Source: Nitrospirota bacterium (lineage in GTDB: Bacteria > Nitrospirota > Nitrospiria > JACQBW01). Taken from it: a DNA stretch of 64,000 bases. Positions 52,969-61,890 of the stretch are shown here, piece by piece; position 1 is the stretch's first letter; each line of letters starts with the position of its first letter. The notes under the pieces were generated by a model that saw only the letters and a program-made list of their open reading frames with translations, did no database searches and had not been told where the DNA came from. Position numbers and translations under genes: made by a program. The stretch lies in NCBI GenBank assembly GCA_016178585.1, contig JACOTA010000013.1, forward strand, positions 3,183 to 67,182, written 5' to 3'.

Positions 52969-53535
52969 TTATTTCTTTTTAATATCCTGAGAATGATAAT
53001 GCCTGAGATAACTCCGGGTAAGGTTTTTGGGGTCAACGTTTAAATATTTGGCGTATTCTGAAAGATAACTTTTTAAATAGACCTCAGCGGGAAAATTTTT
53101 AAATTGGTTTTCCTCAATTGCCACCAAATAATTCACTCCGATCCGGGTGTGTGACACCAGGTTCTGCAAGCTAATTCCCTTTTGCTCACGGAGATTTTTT
53201 AAAAAAGAACCTGTTATTGAATCGGGAAACGAAATCGGCGTTTTGAGTTCAGACTCTTTCTGAACCGGAGCCCATGGATCAGGAGAATCTGATCCTCTCG
53301 CAAGAAAGATATCATAACTTTTCCTCCGGTCAAAATCAGACAAAATGTGGTAAGCTTCCTCGATTTTCAGCCAGATGGCGGCTCTTTCTTCCTCGGAGAA
53401 AAGCGAGAGCGTTGCGAGGTTCTTTTCTCCAAAAGTCTTTTTTGCTAAAAAATAAGCGGTTTTAATCTGCTTTAAAGTCGCATCCTGCGGGACTTCGAGC
53501 AGCTCGTAATAATTAGAATCCTGGTATCTGTTCAT
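52969..53535 (-). CDS. J-domain plus RodZ-like HTH protein
   Basis: YYELLEV...IKTAY...EAYHILSD-RRKSYD (no HPD motif), then an LREQKGISL...YAKYL HTH. Confidence 0.8.
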   Translation of the reverse strand: MNRYQDSNYYELLEVPQDATLKQIKTAYFLAKKTFGEKNLATLSLFSEEERAAIWLKIEEAYHILSDFDRRKSYDIFLARGSDSPDPWAPVQKESELKTPISFPDSITGSFLKNLREQKGISLQNLVSHTRIGVNYLVAIEENQFKNFPAEVYLKSYLSEYAKYLNVDPKNLTRSYLRHYHSQDIKKK

Positions 53536-53542
53536 CCATTCT

Positions 53543-53616
53543 ATTCAGGGGCCTTCGCAAACGACGCTCAATGCCCCCGAACCCCGCGTTCCGCACTGGC
53601 AAAGCCAGTTGCTTCA
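53543..53616 (-). repeat. Repeat family R1, copy 6a
   Basis: Shortest copy; tandem with copy 6b. Confidence 0.9.
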
Positions 53617-53624
53617 TCCATTCT

Positions 53625-53795
53625 ATTCAGGGGCCTTCGCAAACGACACTCAATGCCCCCGAACCCCGCGTTCCACTCGGTCTAACTACGACCATTCCAA
53701 AGTCCGTCTCGGTCTAACTACGACCATTCCAAAGTCCGTCTCGGTCTAACGACGACCATTCCAAAGTCCGTCACTGGCAAAGCCAGTTGCTTCAC
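53625..53795 (-). repeat. Repeat family R1, copy 6b, with three tandem 32-nt inserts (53677-53772)
   Basis: (TCGGTCTAACTACGACCATTCCAAAGTCCGTC)x3 with one substitution in the third unit. Confidence 0.92.
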
Positions 53796-54754
53796 TGGAC
53801 TAAAAAGTCAAAACTTAGCTGTTCTTTTTTTAATAAGTTATGCGATATTCGATTAATCCCCTGCGCCGAAGTGGAATAGGGATATTCGAGCATCAGCGGA
53901 CGGCTCATTTTCGTTGCCCTCCATACCGAATCATCATATTCGACATAGCCTACATATTCTATCTGAATTCCAAAATATTTGGAACAGGAACTACGCATCG
54001 AAAAACCGAGCGCGATATCATCTTTTGACCGTACCTGGTTAACGATGATTTTAGGTTTGAAATTATAAATCTGTTCCTTTAATGTCCTTCCGACTTCAAA
54101 ATCGATTTTTTCCACCTGTTCGATTAAATCAAAAGGAGTTCGAATTCCCAGGTCATTTTTCTGGTCCATCGCCTGCGTAATAACGGCTTTAATCGCGGGA
54201 TCTTTGACAACTTTTTTAAACCGCCTGTAAAAAGAACTTTTGATAAACCGATAAACGTTTTCGATGGACGTCGGCTCCGGGAGGACCGTCAAAATTCCGA
54301 CATCCGAAATCAGAAAAAAATCCAAAATATTAAAAGAAGTTCCCGCCCCCAAATCAAGAATGATGTACTCAAAATCGAGTTCCTGAATCTGCCGGATAAG
54401 CTTCATTTTTTCGCGATATTTTGGATTCGCGATTTCCAAAAAATCCTGGGCCCCGCTGATTAGCGATAAATTGGGTATTTGCGTTTCGAGCAAAACTTCA
54501 TGGATGGACTTTACTTTTCCCCGTATAAAATCCGAAAGGGTGGCCCCTTTCACGGAAATTCCCAAACAGGTATGAAGATTGGCGCAGCCTAAATCCGCGT
54601 CAATTAAAATGACTTTTTTCCCTAATCGGGTGAGAGAAATCGCAAGGTTTCCGGATAAGAAGGTCTTTCCGGTTCCTCCCTTTCCTCCGCCAACGGCCCA
54701 GATTTCCCGGTTTTGCGCTTTTAATTTACCTTTAAGGATATCGACTGAAGACAT
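53792..54754 (-). CDS. MinD/FlhG-family ATPase
   Basis: GGKGGTGKT, IDADLG-ANL and PEPTSIENVY motifs. Confidence 0.88.
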   Translation of the reverse strand: MSSVDILKGKLKAQNREIWAVGGGKGGTGKTFLSGNLAISLTRLGKKVILIDADLGCANLHTCLGISVKGATLSDFIRGKVKSIHEVLLETQIPNLSLISGAQDFLEIANPKYREKMKLIRQIQELDFEYIILDLGAGTSFNILDFFLISDVGILTVLPEPTSIENVYRFIKSSFYRRFKKVVKDPAIKAVITQAMDQKNDLGIRTPFDLIEQVEKIDFEVGRTLKEQIYNFKPKIIVNQVRSKDDIALGFSMRSSCSKYFGIQIEYVGYVEYDDSVWRATKMSRPLMLEYPYSTSAQGINRISHNLLKKEQLSFDFLVQ

Positions 54755-54822
54755 TTGACATATTTGTATAATAACCTCATTATTTTTTCAAGCACTTTAA
54801 AAAATGTTGTATAATGCGGCAG

Positions 54823-55713
54823 ATGCGACTGAATTCGTTAAAAACCCTCTTGATTGTTAACCCCAATTCAGGTCCCCTTCATAAAAGAAGAGCTATCCCC
54901 CGGGTCATTTCTTACCTTCAAGATTACCTTCCTGAACTCGAAATTGTATTTACTCAAAAAAGCGGAGACGCCGCTGCTCTGGTCAAAAACAGCCTCCTTA
55001 AAAAAGTTGAGCTGGTCTTTTGTGCCGGCGGAGACGGAACCATTAATGAGGTGGCCAACCAACTCTACGGTACGGCCGTCTTGCTGGGTATTATTCCGGT
55101 TGGGACTGGAAACGGGTTGGCGAGGGAGATAGGGCTTTCCCTTGATCCGATAAAGGCCGTCGATCAGGTTCTTAACGGCAAGGTCATTCCGGTCTATCCT
55201 GGAACGATTAATGACCATAGATTTTTTCTGGTTTCCGGCGCAGGTTTTGACGCGTTCGTCTCTTATCAAACAGACTTCCACCACCCCCGGCTTAAAAAGA
55301 TAACCGGTTTTCTTTCCTATATCATGGTAGGAATTGCCGTTGGGTGGAAATACCCTTTTTCTCCCATAACCGCCAGAATTGACGGAAAACCCTGCCGGTG
55401 TTACGGATTACTCGTGATGAAGGCAAAAGCTAAAATTGGACCTTTCACCCTGGCCGGCACTCTTTCGTTGCAGGAAAGTCAAATGGGGGTTTTTGTTTTT
55501 ACCAAAAAAGGAATTTGGAGCATCGCCAGGTTTTTCTTTGCGTTTTTATTCCGTTGTCACATGACACTTTCGGAAACCCCGTTTATCTTTTTCAGTCAAT
55601 TAGAAGCCGAGTCCGAAACGCCGGTCCCCGTGGAATTTGACGGCGAACAGGCAAAACCGCTTCCAACCACCTGGGAGCAATCAAAAAAACATGTCCTTTT
55701 GATTTACCCTTAA
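54823..55713 (+). CDS. Diacylglycerol/lipid kinase family protein
   Basis: NPNSG, GGDGT and PVGTGN motifs; start placed at the second ATG, after TATAAT. Confidence 0.9.
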   Translation: MRLNSLKTLLIVNPNSGPLHKRRAIPRVISYLQDYLPELEIVFTQKSGDAAALVKNSLLKKVELVFCAGGDGTINEVANQLYGTAVLLGIIPVGTGNGLAREIGLSLDPIKAVDQVLNGKVIPVYPGTINDHRFFLVSGAGFDAFVSYQTDFHHPRLKKITGFLSYIMVGIAVGWKYPFSPITARIDGKPCRCYGLLVMKAKAKIGPFTLAGTLSLQESQMGVFVFTKKGIWSIARFFFAFLFRCHMTLSETPFIFFSQLEAESETPVPVEFDGEQAKPLPTTWEQSKKHVLLIYP

Positions 55714-56184
55714 ATGAAAGAGACCTTTATGTCCCGGTTTTTTTATCTCCTCCTTTTTTATCTGTTTATTGCCCTGGGCCGGCCTGTCGATGCCTCGCAA
55801 ACGGCCAACATTGATCAAAAAAAAATCAGCATTATCCTCCCGGGGGGTGAAAAAATCGAAGCCGTCGTCGCGGACACGACCACGGCACGATCCACCGGGT
55901 TGATGGGGCGTTCCCGCCTCGGCCTGAATGAAGGAATGCTTTTTTTATTTAAAACCACAGAACCTCATTTGATGTGGATGAAGAACATGTTAATCCCGAT
56001 CGATATTATCTGGTTGAATGAAAAAAAGGAAATAATCGAAATCGTTCAATCGGCCCCGCCCTGTTCGAACGATCCGTGCGAGGTCTTCGGACCGGAACTT
56101 CCTTCACGTTATGTCTTAGAAATAAAAGACGGATCGTCTAATTTACTGCATCTCCAGAAAGGCCTAACGCTCAAATTCCCTTGA
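55714..56184 (+). CDS. DUF192 family protein
   Basis: GLMGR, GMLF, WMKN--IPIDI and YVLE motifs. Confidence 0.9.
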   Translation: MKETFMSRFFYLLLFYLFIALGRPVDASQTANIDQKKISIILPGGEKIEAVVADTTTARSTGLMGRSRLGLNEGMLFLFKTTEPHLMWMKNMLIPIDIIWLNEKKEIIEIVQSAPPCSNDPCEVFGPELPSRYVLEIKDGSSNLLHLQKGLTLKFP

Positions 56185-56313
56185 TTGTCTGAATTTTGTT
56201 GTGCTAGGATATGCCATTACCATTACCTCTTAATATGATAGACCTATATCAATTTTCAGCAACAACACCTGTTTACAAAGTAAATCATCGACAGGATTCA
56301 TAAGGAATAATTT

Positions 56314-56757
56314 ATGTCTTTTTTTAAACGCCGTCTAAAGTTTCGCCCAACCCTTTCCACGCCTTCCTGGTGGAAAATGGTCCTCAATAAAATAAGACGG
56401 ACCTACCTCTGTTACTTTAACCCTGACTATGTCAAAGAAGCTGAAGCCACTCGAGTCGGAGAGTGCGTCGGTTGCGGAAAGTGTTGCACCCTGGTTTTTA
56501 AATGTGTCTTTCTGGAAGGATCGGAAGAACAGTCTCGCTGTAAAATTTATGATATCGGCAGACCTAAACCCTGCGGGGCATTTCCCATCGATCCAAAAGA
56601 TTTAGCGGATGTCAATTTCCTGTGCGGTTACTCCTTTGTCAGTTCTAGGGAAACCAAACCTACTATAACGGGTGTCCCTCCTTTTGAAATTAACCCTTCC
56701 CTCGAACCTGCTTTTTCTTTAATCCGAAAGATTGAGGTGAACCTGATTAATGAGTAA
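56314..56757 (+). CDS. Cys-rich putative Fe-S/Zn cluster protein (YkgJ-like)
   Basis: CxxCGxCC...C...CKIY--RPKPC-AFP pattern. Confidence 0.7.
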   Translation: MSFFKRRLKFRPTLSTPSWWKMVLNKIRRTYLCYFNPDYVKEAEATRVGECVGCGKCCTLVFKCVFLEGSEEQSRCKIYDIGRPKPCGAFPIDPKDLADVNFLCGYSFVSSRETKPTITGVPPFEINPSLEPAFSLIRKIEVNLINE

Positions 56758-58162
56758 TGCTATGGAATTACATCAATCTATTGACCATTTATATCGCCAC
56801 TTTTCGGATATTTTAAAAGTTGATCAGGAGGGTTTGACGCTATTAGACAAATCAAGGTTTATTGAAGAAGCCCTTGATTCGCTTGTTTACCAGGCTGTTT
56901 TCAATCCTGATAAAAAAGTAAAGGGGACCGCGCGCTGGCTCCTCAAAAAAGCGGCGTGCGAATTAAAAGCAATCCCTTCCTCTATTCAAAACCTTTATGA
57001 AGCGATGGGAAATCAAAAAGAAGGCGGGTACACCGTCCCCGCGATTAATATTCGAGGCCTGACTTACGAGGTTGCGCGGGCTATTGTTCGGGCCGCCAAA
57101 AAGAACCACTCTGGAACTTTTATCTTCGAAATCGCAAAATCTGAAATCGGATACACCAAACAGAGCCCGAGCGAATTTGCCGTTGTCATTTTAGCCGCCG
57201 TTATGAGAGAACGATACGAAGGCCCGGTTTTTATTCAGGGCGATCACTTTCAAGCCAATGCCAAAAAATATCTTGAAGATCCAAAAGAAGAGGTAGCCGG
57301 GCTTAAAACCTTGATTAAAGAGGCGATCGAAGCCGGTTTTTATAACATCGACATCGACTCCTCAACCCTGGTCGATTTAAACAAACCCGCGATAAAGGAA
57401 CAACAAAGAGTCAATTTTGAACTGGCCGCGGAGTTAAGCAATTATATTCGTTCCCTCGAACCGAAAGGCGTAACCATTTCAATCGGGGGAGAAATCGGCG
57501 AAGTCGGAGGAAAAAACAGCACCGTTGAGGAATTAGAAGTTTATATGGATAATTACCTTGACGTTCTGATAAATCGGTATCATCGAAAAACAGGAATCAG
57601 TAAAATCAGCATACAGACAGGCACATCCCATGGGGGAATTCCCCTGGCAGATGGAACAATCGCGAAAGTTAAACTCGATTTCGAAACGTTGAAAAGTCTG
57701 TCAAAAATCGCCAGGGAAAAATATCATATTTCCGGAGCGGTTCAGCACGGCGCCTCTACGTTGCCCGATGAGGCCTTTGATCGTTTTCCGGATACCGGAA
57801 CATCTGAAATTCATCTCGCCACGGGGTTTCAAAACCTGATGTACGACCACCCAAAATTCCCTCCCGCCTTAAAAGAAGAGATTTATCAATACCTTCGGAC
57901 CAATTTAAGCGAGGAGAAAAAACCGAACGAAACGGATGAACAATTTATTTATAAAACCCGGAAAAAGGGATTTGGCTTCTTTAAAAAACAGATCGCAAAC
58001 CTTCCAGAAGAAGCCAAAGAAAAGATCGGAAAAGCTTTAGAAGATAAATTCGACTTTCTTTTTAAAAAATTAAAATCTATCGATACCTACGACCAGGTCA
58101 AAAAAATCATCCCTTTAGTGACGGTACCTCCCTCTTTGGAATCCGAGATTCAGCGAAGTTAG
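56750..58162 (+). CDS. Class II fructose-bisphosphate aldolase family protein
   Basis: VPAINIR, QGDHFQ, GEIGEVGG, GTSHGG and VQHGAS motifs. Confidence 0.88.
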   Translation: MSNAMELHQSIDHLYRHFSDILKVDQEGLTLLDKSRFIEEALDSLVYQAVFNPDKKVKGTARWLLKKAACELKAIPSSIQNLYEAMGNQKEGGYTVPAINIRGLTYEVARAIVRAAKKNHSGTFIFEIAKSEIGYTKQSPSEFAVVILAAVMRERYEGPVFIQGDHFQANAKKYLEDPKEEVAGLKTLIKEAIEAGFYNIDIDSSTLVDLNKPAIKEQQRVNFELAAELSNYIRSLEPKGVTISIGGEIGEVGGKNSTVEELEVYMDNYLDVLINRYHRKTGISKISIQTGTSHGGIPLADGTIAKVKLDFETLKSLSKIAREKYHISGAVQHGASTLPDEAFDRFPDTGTSEIHLATGFQNLMYDHPKFPPALKEEIYQYLRTNLSEEKKPNETDEQFIYKTRKKGFGFFKKQIANLPEEAKEKIGKALEDKFDFLFKKLKSIDTYDQVKKIIPLVTVPPSLESEIQRS

Positions 58163-59172
58163 GTTTGGTATTTTTTGATAAAGGCTTCGTACCTTAGAAC
58201 TTCTTCACGGTTTCCGATAATTAAAGGAACCCTCTGGTGAAGGGTTTCCGGTTGAATATCCAAAATTCTTTCTGTACCGGTGGACGCATAACCCCCGGCC
58301 TGTTCCGCGATAAACGCAAGGGGGGCCGCTTCAAAAAGGAGCCTCAACTTCCCGGTGCTTCTTTTCGGGTCTTTATGATCCACGGGATAAAGAAAAATTC
58401 CACCCTTGATCAAATTCCGATGAAAATCAGCCACCAATGCCCCGACATAACGCGCGTTGTAAGGTCTTTGTGTTGCCGGGTCGACCGACTTGACATAGCT
58501 GACATATTCCTGGGTCGCCCGGTCCCAATAATGATGATTTGATTCGTTAATACTGTAAATCGTACAGCGTTCAGGACACTTCATATCTTCATGCGAAAGA
58601 AGAAATTCCCCTAAGGCCTGGTCTAAGGTAAACCCATGCACACCCTGTCCGGTGGAATAAACCAACATCGTGGAGGATCCATAAACGAGATAACCTGCGC
58701 CCACCTGGAGAGAGCCTTTCTGCAGGCTGTCTTCTTCGGTCCCCGTTTTACCAACAGAAACTTTCCGATGAATGGAGAAAATCGTGCCGATCGGCAAATT
58801 GGCATCAATATTGGAAGAACCGTCCAGCGGATCAAGATTAACGGCATACTTACCCGACATTTGATCAGATTCCATGCAAATACATTTTTCGTCTTCCTCA
58901 GACCCAAACGTGCAGACTCTTCCGTTTTTTTCAAATAATTTGAAAAAAACAGAATTGGCAAAAATGTCGAGCTTTTGCACTTCCTCGGCCTGAATATTCA
59001 TTTTTCCGGTTGATCCCATAATATCGACCAGACCCGCCCTGTTGACCTCCCTGGACAGAATCTTTCCCGCCAGGGCGATATCATAAAGCAAATCTGAAAG
59101 ATCGCCTGTCGATTCCGGAAATTTCCTTTGCTGCTGAATGATATGCTGTTCAATCGTTACCATAGACCACAC
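58159..59172 (-). CDS. fbp: Class 1 fructose-1,6-bisphosphatase
   Basis: DPLDGSSN, RYVGALVAD and GKLRLLFE motifs. Confidence 0.96.
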   Translation of the reverse strand: MWSMVTIEQHIIQQQRKFPESTGDLSDLLYDIALAGKILSREVNRAGLVDIMGSTGKMNIQAEEVQKLDIFANSVFFKLFEKNGRVCTFGSEEDEKCICMESDQMSGKYAVNLDPLDGSSNIDANLPIGTIFSIHRKVSVGKTGTEEDSLQKGSLQVGAGYLVYGSSTMLVYSTGQGVHGFTLDQALGEFLLSHEDMKCPERCTIYSINESNHHYWDRATQEYVSYVKSVDPATQRPYNARYVGALVADFHRNLIKGGIFLYPVDHKDPKRSTGKLRLLFEAAPLAFIAEQAGGYASTGTERILDIQPETLHQRVPLIIGNREEVLRYEAFIKKYQT

Positions 59173-59181
59173 TCTCCATTT

Positions 59182-59916
59182 TCAGGATGAAATAAGGTGA
59201 CACGCCTTTGCAACTCCGTCACGGTATGCCAACCAGAGGTCCAGGGTATTCTGAATCAGGCTTTTGATCTTTTTCTGTTTGAGAGACGTATCGACATAAT
59301 CGAGAACCATTTTCCAGGCGGCTTTCCGATGGCCCCGTTCAACAAGATTGTGAGCTCTAACCAAATCCATATCTTTTGGATTCACACCATGAGTTTTAAC
59401 CAAAGGGTGTATTAAAATCGTGTTTTCAATATCCTGGTGCGAGGTCTGACCTGAAGATTGAATTTCCTGCCGATCCTTTACACTTCCCTCTACAAAAATG
59501 GCAATGACTGCAGCCGCTTCATACCATACGCCATCGGAGGTGACCTCGTCCAGCCAATTCCGGTATTTTATACTCTCCGGAAGCATTTCGACATTTTGAA
59601 ATTCCAAAGGATCAAAACCTAAACCCGTCATCATTTGGAGAAACAAAACAGGATGCGGACCCGTTTTAGAAAGCCCTCCTGTTTCTTCTTCGTAAATGTT
59701 TTCCGCGAGGTCATGACGAACGTCTGTGGGGGGACCTTTACTGTAAATCCGGCTCAAAAAAATGGGAAAATCCCGCACGTAAACACGATATTCCTGTTTA
59801 AAATGAGTTTTCAACTGATCTTTTGAAATCTTTTCCTGGGAAAAGAACTTCCATGCCCAATGGTCTTTTTGATCCATTAGAGACAGAAGCTCTTCTTTAA
59901 ATTGAGAGTCAGCCAT
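59182..59916 (-). CDS. PqqC/TenA/CADD-like heme-oxygenase-fold diiron protein
   Basis: ENIYEEE...H...E...HxxxExxH ligand pattern. Confidence 0.75.
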   Translation of the reverse strand: MADSQFKEELLSLMDQKDHWAWKFFSQEKISKDQLKTHFKQEYRVYVRDFPIFLSRIYSKGPPTDVRHDLAENIYEEETGGLSKTGPHPVLFLQMMTGLGFDPLEFQNVEMLPESIKYRNWLDEVTSDGVWYEAAAVIAIFVEGSVKDRQEIQSSGQTSHQDIENTILIHPLVKTHGVNPKDMDLVRAHNLVERGHRKAAWKMVLDYVDTSLKQKKIKSLIQNTLDLWLAYRDGVAKACHLISS

Positions 59917-59924
59917 CCAGAAGG

Positions 59925-60209
59925 TTAAGCCGGGGAAGAATCTGACGACGGTTTGGGCACTTCTTTTTTGGCCGAATCGGGCGAAATTTTCAAAGGAGGA
60001 GAGGAGGATACCGCCGGTTGAGCGGCCGGAGCTGCCGCAACCGCTTTGGGCTGTTCAGGGGCCTTTGCTGTTGCAGATGGATCGACAATCTCTTCTTTAT
60101 AAACTTCGATAATGCTGTCTAATTTAATATTTTTGGCTTCAAGCGCTTTTTTGATATCAAGCAGTTTTGCATCGGTAACTTTTACAACAAAATTTATTTT
60201 TTTCGCCAT
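59925..60209 (-). CDS. Hypothetical protein with an Ala/Pro-rich tail
   Basis: Co-directional ORF with a plausible RBS and low-complexity C-terminus. Confidence 0.65.
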   Translation of the reverse strand: MAKKINFVVKVTDAKLLDIKKALEAKNIKLDSIIEVYKEEIVDPSATAKAPEQPKAVAAAPAAQPAVSSSPPLKISPDSAKKEVPKPSSDSSPA

Positions 60210-60232
60210 TCCTAAAATTCCTTTTCGATTAT

Positions 60233-60360
60233 ATTCAGGGGCCCGTGCGGAGAAATGATTAAAACCATATGTCCGCTACGGGATCGCTCCCAAAGCAGGC
60301 TCGGAGGCTCCAAATGCCCCCGAACCCCGCGTTACGGACTGGCAAAGCCAAGTGCTTCAC
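60233..60360 (-). repeat. Repeat family R1, copy 7
   Basis: Conserved arms with the longest variable loop. Confidence 0.9.
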
Positions 60361-60453
60361 TTTATTATACCCCTTTTGCTTTCAAGTCTAGCATGGAAAC
60401 TTATCAAAAAAAGCCTCTTTAAGTCAAGTTAAATCAATGACTTATTGTAATCC

Positions 60454-60616
60454 TTCAGTGAAACGGGGCGATACACACGAAAGGGCCTGGTGTGACCTGA
60501 ACGGAGACTTCGGCGAAGTTTGTTGATCCCTCCATAATGTAAAGTCCAGAAATGAGGATAACTTCGTCGGCGTCGGAGAGACGGTCATTCCAGGTCCTTG
60601 AAAACCCTTGACTGAA
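60454..60616 (+). ncRNA. Candidate structured RNA (long rod-like hairpin)
   Basis: Nested stems TTCAGT/ACTGAA, AAGGGCCTGG/CCAGGTCCTT, TGACC/GGTCA and GACTTCGGCGAAGTT/AACTTCGTCGGCGTC; G-U pairs form on the + strand. Confidence 0.4.
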
Positions 60617-60621
60617 TGGTT

Positions 60622-60761
60622 CCCAAGAACAGAGTTAGAAAGCTGTCATTGCGAACAAAGTGAAGCAATCTCAAGACTTTACGATAAGATTGCCACGCAC
60701 CCTTCGGTGCTCGCAATGACATGATTAATAAGTGGGTGCGAAGTCTATCGCTGGTCTAGGG
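60622..60761 (+). mobile_element. MITE-like repeat R3, copy C
   Basis: Interior identical to copy B; ends CCCAAGA...TCTAGGG. Confidence 0.75.
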
Positions 60762-60769
60762 TTGGCATA

Positions 60770-61129
60770 TTGTTATATTATCCAATAGTTTCATTCTCCC
60801 CGGTGATTCAAATCGTGATGATTTTGAGTCTATTTAGCCTGGGAGTCTGGTGTTCTTTTTCGGTTGAAAAAGCCCTTGGGCAGAAAGACCCTGGAATTAT
60901 TGTGGTGGATGAAATCGTCGGAGTCTGGATATCCCTTTACCTCATCCCATTTCATTGGAATCTTCTGTTGGCCGCTTTTATTTTGTTTCGGTTTCTGGAT
61001 ATTAAAAAGCCATTTCTAATTGCTCAGGTTCAATCGCTAAAAGGAGGCTGGGGGGTCATGCTGGATGACTGCTTGGCAGGACTTATTACAAACCTGTTGT
61101 TGCGCCTTATTCTTTATTTCTGGCCGTAA
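60770..61129 (+). pseudogene. pgpA: Phosphatidylglycerophosphatase A, apparently lacking its N-terminus
   Basis: DPGIIVVDEIVG, LFRFLDIKKP and GGWGVMLDD motifs; the usual N-terminal APGT-G segment is absent at the R3 junction. Confidence 0.7.
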
Positions 61130-61146
61130 TCGATCCGAATTAATCC

Positions 61147-61314
61147 TGACGGTCTCGTAAAAAGTCTGAGACGGATTGTGGAATGGTCGTAGTTAGACCG
61201 AAAAAGTGGTTTTTTTGTCATTCCCGTGCAAACGGGAATCCAGTTTTTTCAAGTCGTTATGTTCTCCCTAGATTCCCGCTTTCGCGGGAATGACGAATTT
61301 TTACAAGACCATCA
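61147..61314. mobile_element. MITE-like element R4 with ~20-bp TIRs and two ATTCCC-N8-GGGAAT units
   Basis: TGACGGTCTCGTAAAAAGTC / GAATTTTTACAAGACCATCA; ATCC on both flanks. Confidence 0.7.
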
Positions 61315-61890
61315 ATCCTTGAAGTCAACAAACCGGACATGATCATTCCACATCGATAAAAATTTTTCTCTGGCCTTCCGGGTATTAGAAGAATCAATAA
61401 TCACGTCCAAGCGTTCATCATTCAGCGTGTTGGCGCTCCAGGTTTGATTAAATGAACCGGAAGTGTTGATTTGATCGTCAATAATCACCTGTTTAATATG
61501 CATTAACCCTTCATGCCGGTTTACCTTAATCGGAATCCCGGCCTGACGCAGGGAATGAATCGCCTTACGGGTATGCTCATTTTCCAATTCCCCATGATCG
61601 GTAATAATCCGGACGTCAATCCCTTTTTTCCTGGCTCTTATCAGCATTCTGGTAATGGGTTTAGAGGTCATGTTAAAACAGGCGATGTAAATTGACTTTT
61701 CAGCGTTTTGGTATAAAGAGATCATGTGAGACTGGAGATGGTCTTCAGGCCCGTAGTAGGTTTGAATGTCGCCGGCAAAGGCCGGTTGAATGGAGAGAAA
61801 AATAAAGGCGCTGGCCAGAAGGCCGGTCAAAATCAGTGGAAGGAAAAAAGTCCAATGACAGCGGTTTGGGGCGGACGTTTTCAGGTTCAT
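61312..61890 (-). CDS. Secreted PLD-like (Nuc family) protein
   Basis: Single HIKQVIID (HKD) motif, GSFN-T, signal peptide. Confidence 0.88.
   Translation of the reverse strand: MNLKTSAPNRCHWTFFLPLILTGLLASAFIFLSIQPAFAGDIQTYYGPEDHLQSHMISLYQNAEKSIYIACFNMTSKPITRMLIRARKKGIDVRIITDHGELENEHTRKAIHSLRQAGIPIKVNRHEGLMHIKQVIIDDQINTSGSFNQTWSANTLNDERLDVIIDSSNTRKAREKFLSMWNDHVRFVDFKD

Noticed and set aside
53677..53772. CRISPR array (32-nt repeats)
   Set aside because: The units are directly adjacent with no spacers, and no cas genes are in the window.
61312..61890. Anti-phage PLD nuclease system
   Set aside because: It has a signal peptide, sits in the pnp-M16 operon context, and has no defence neighbours.
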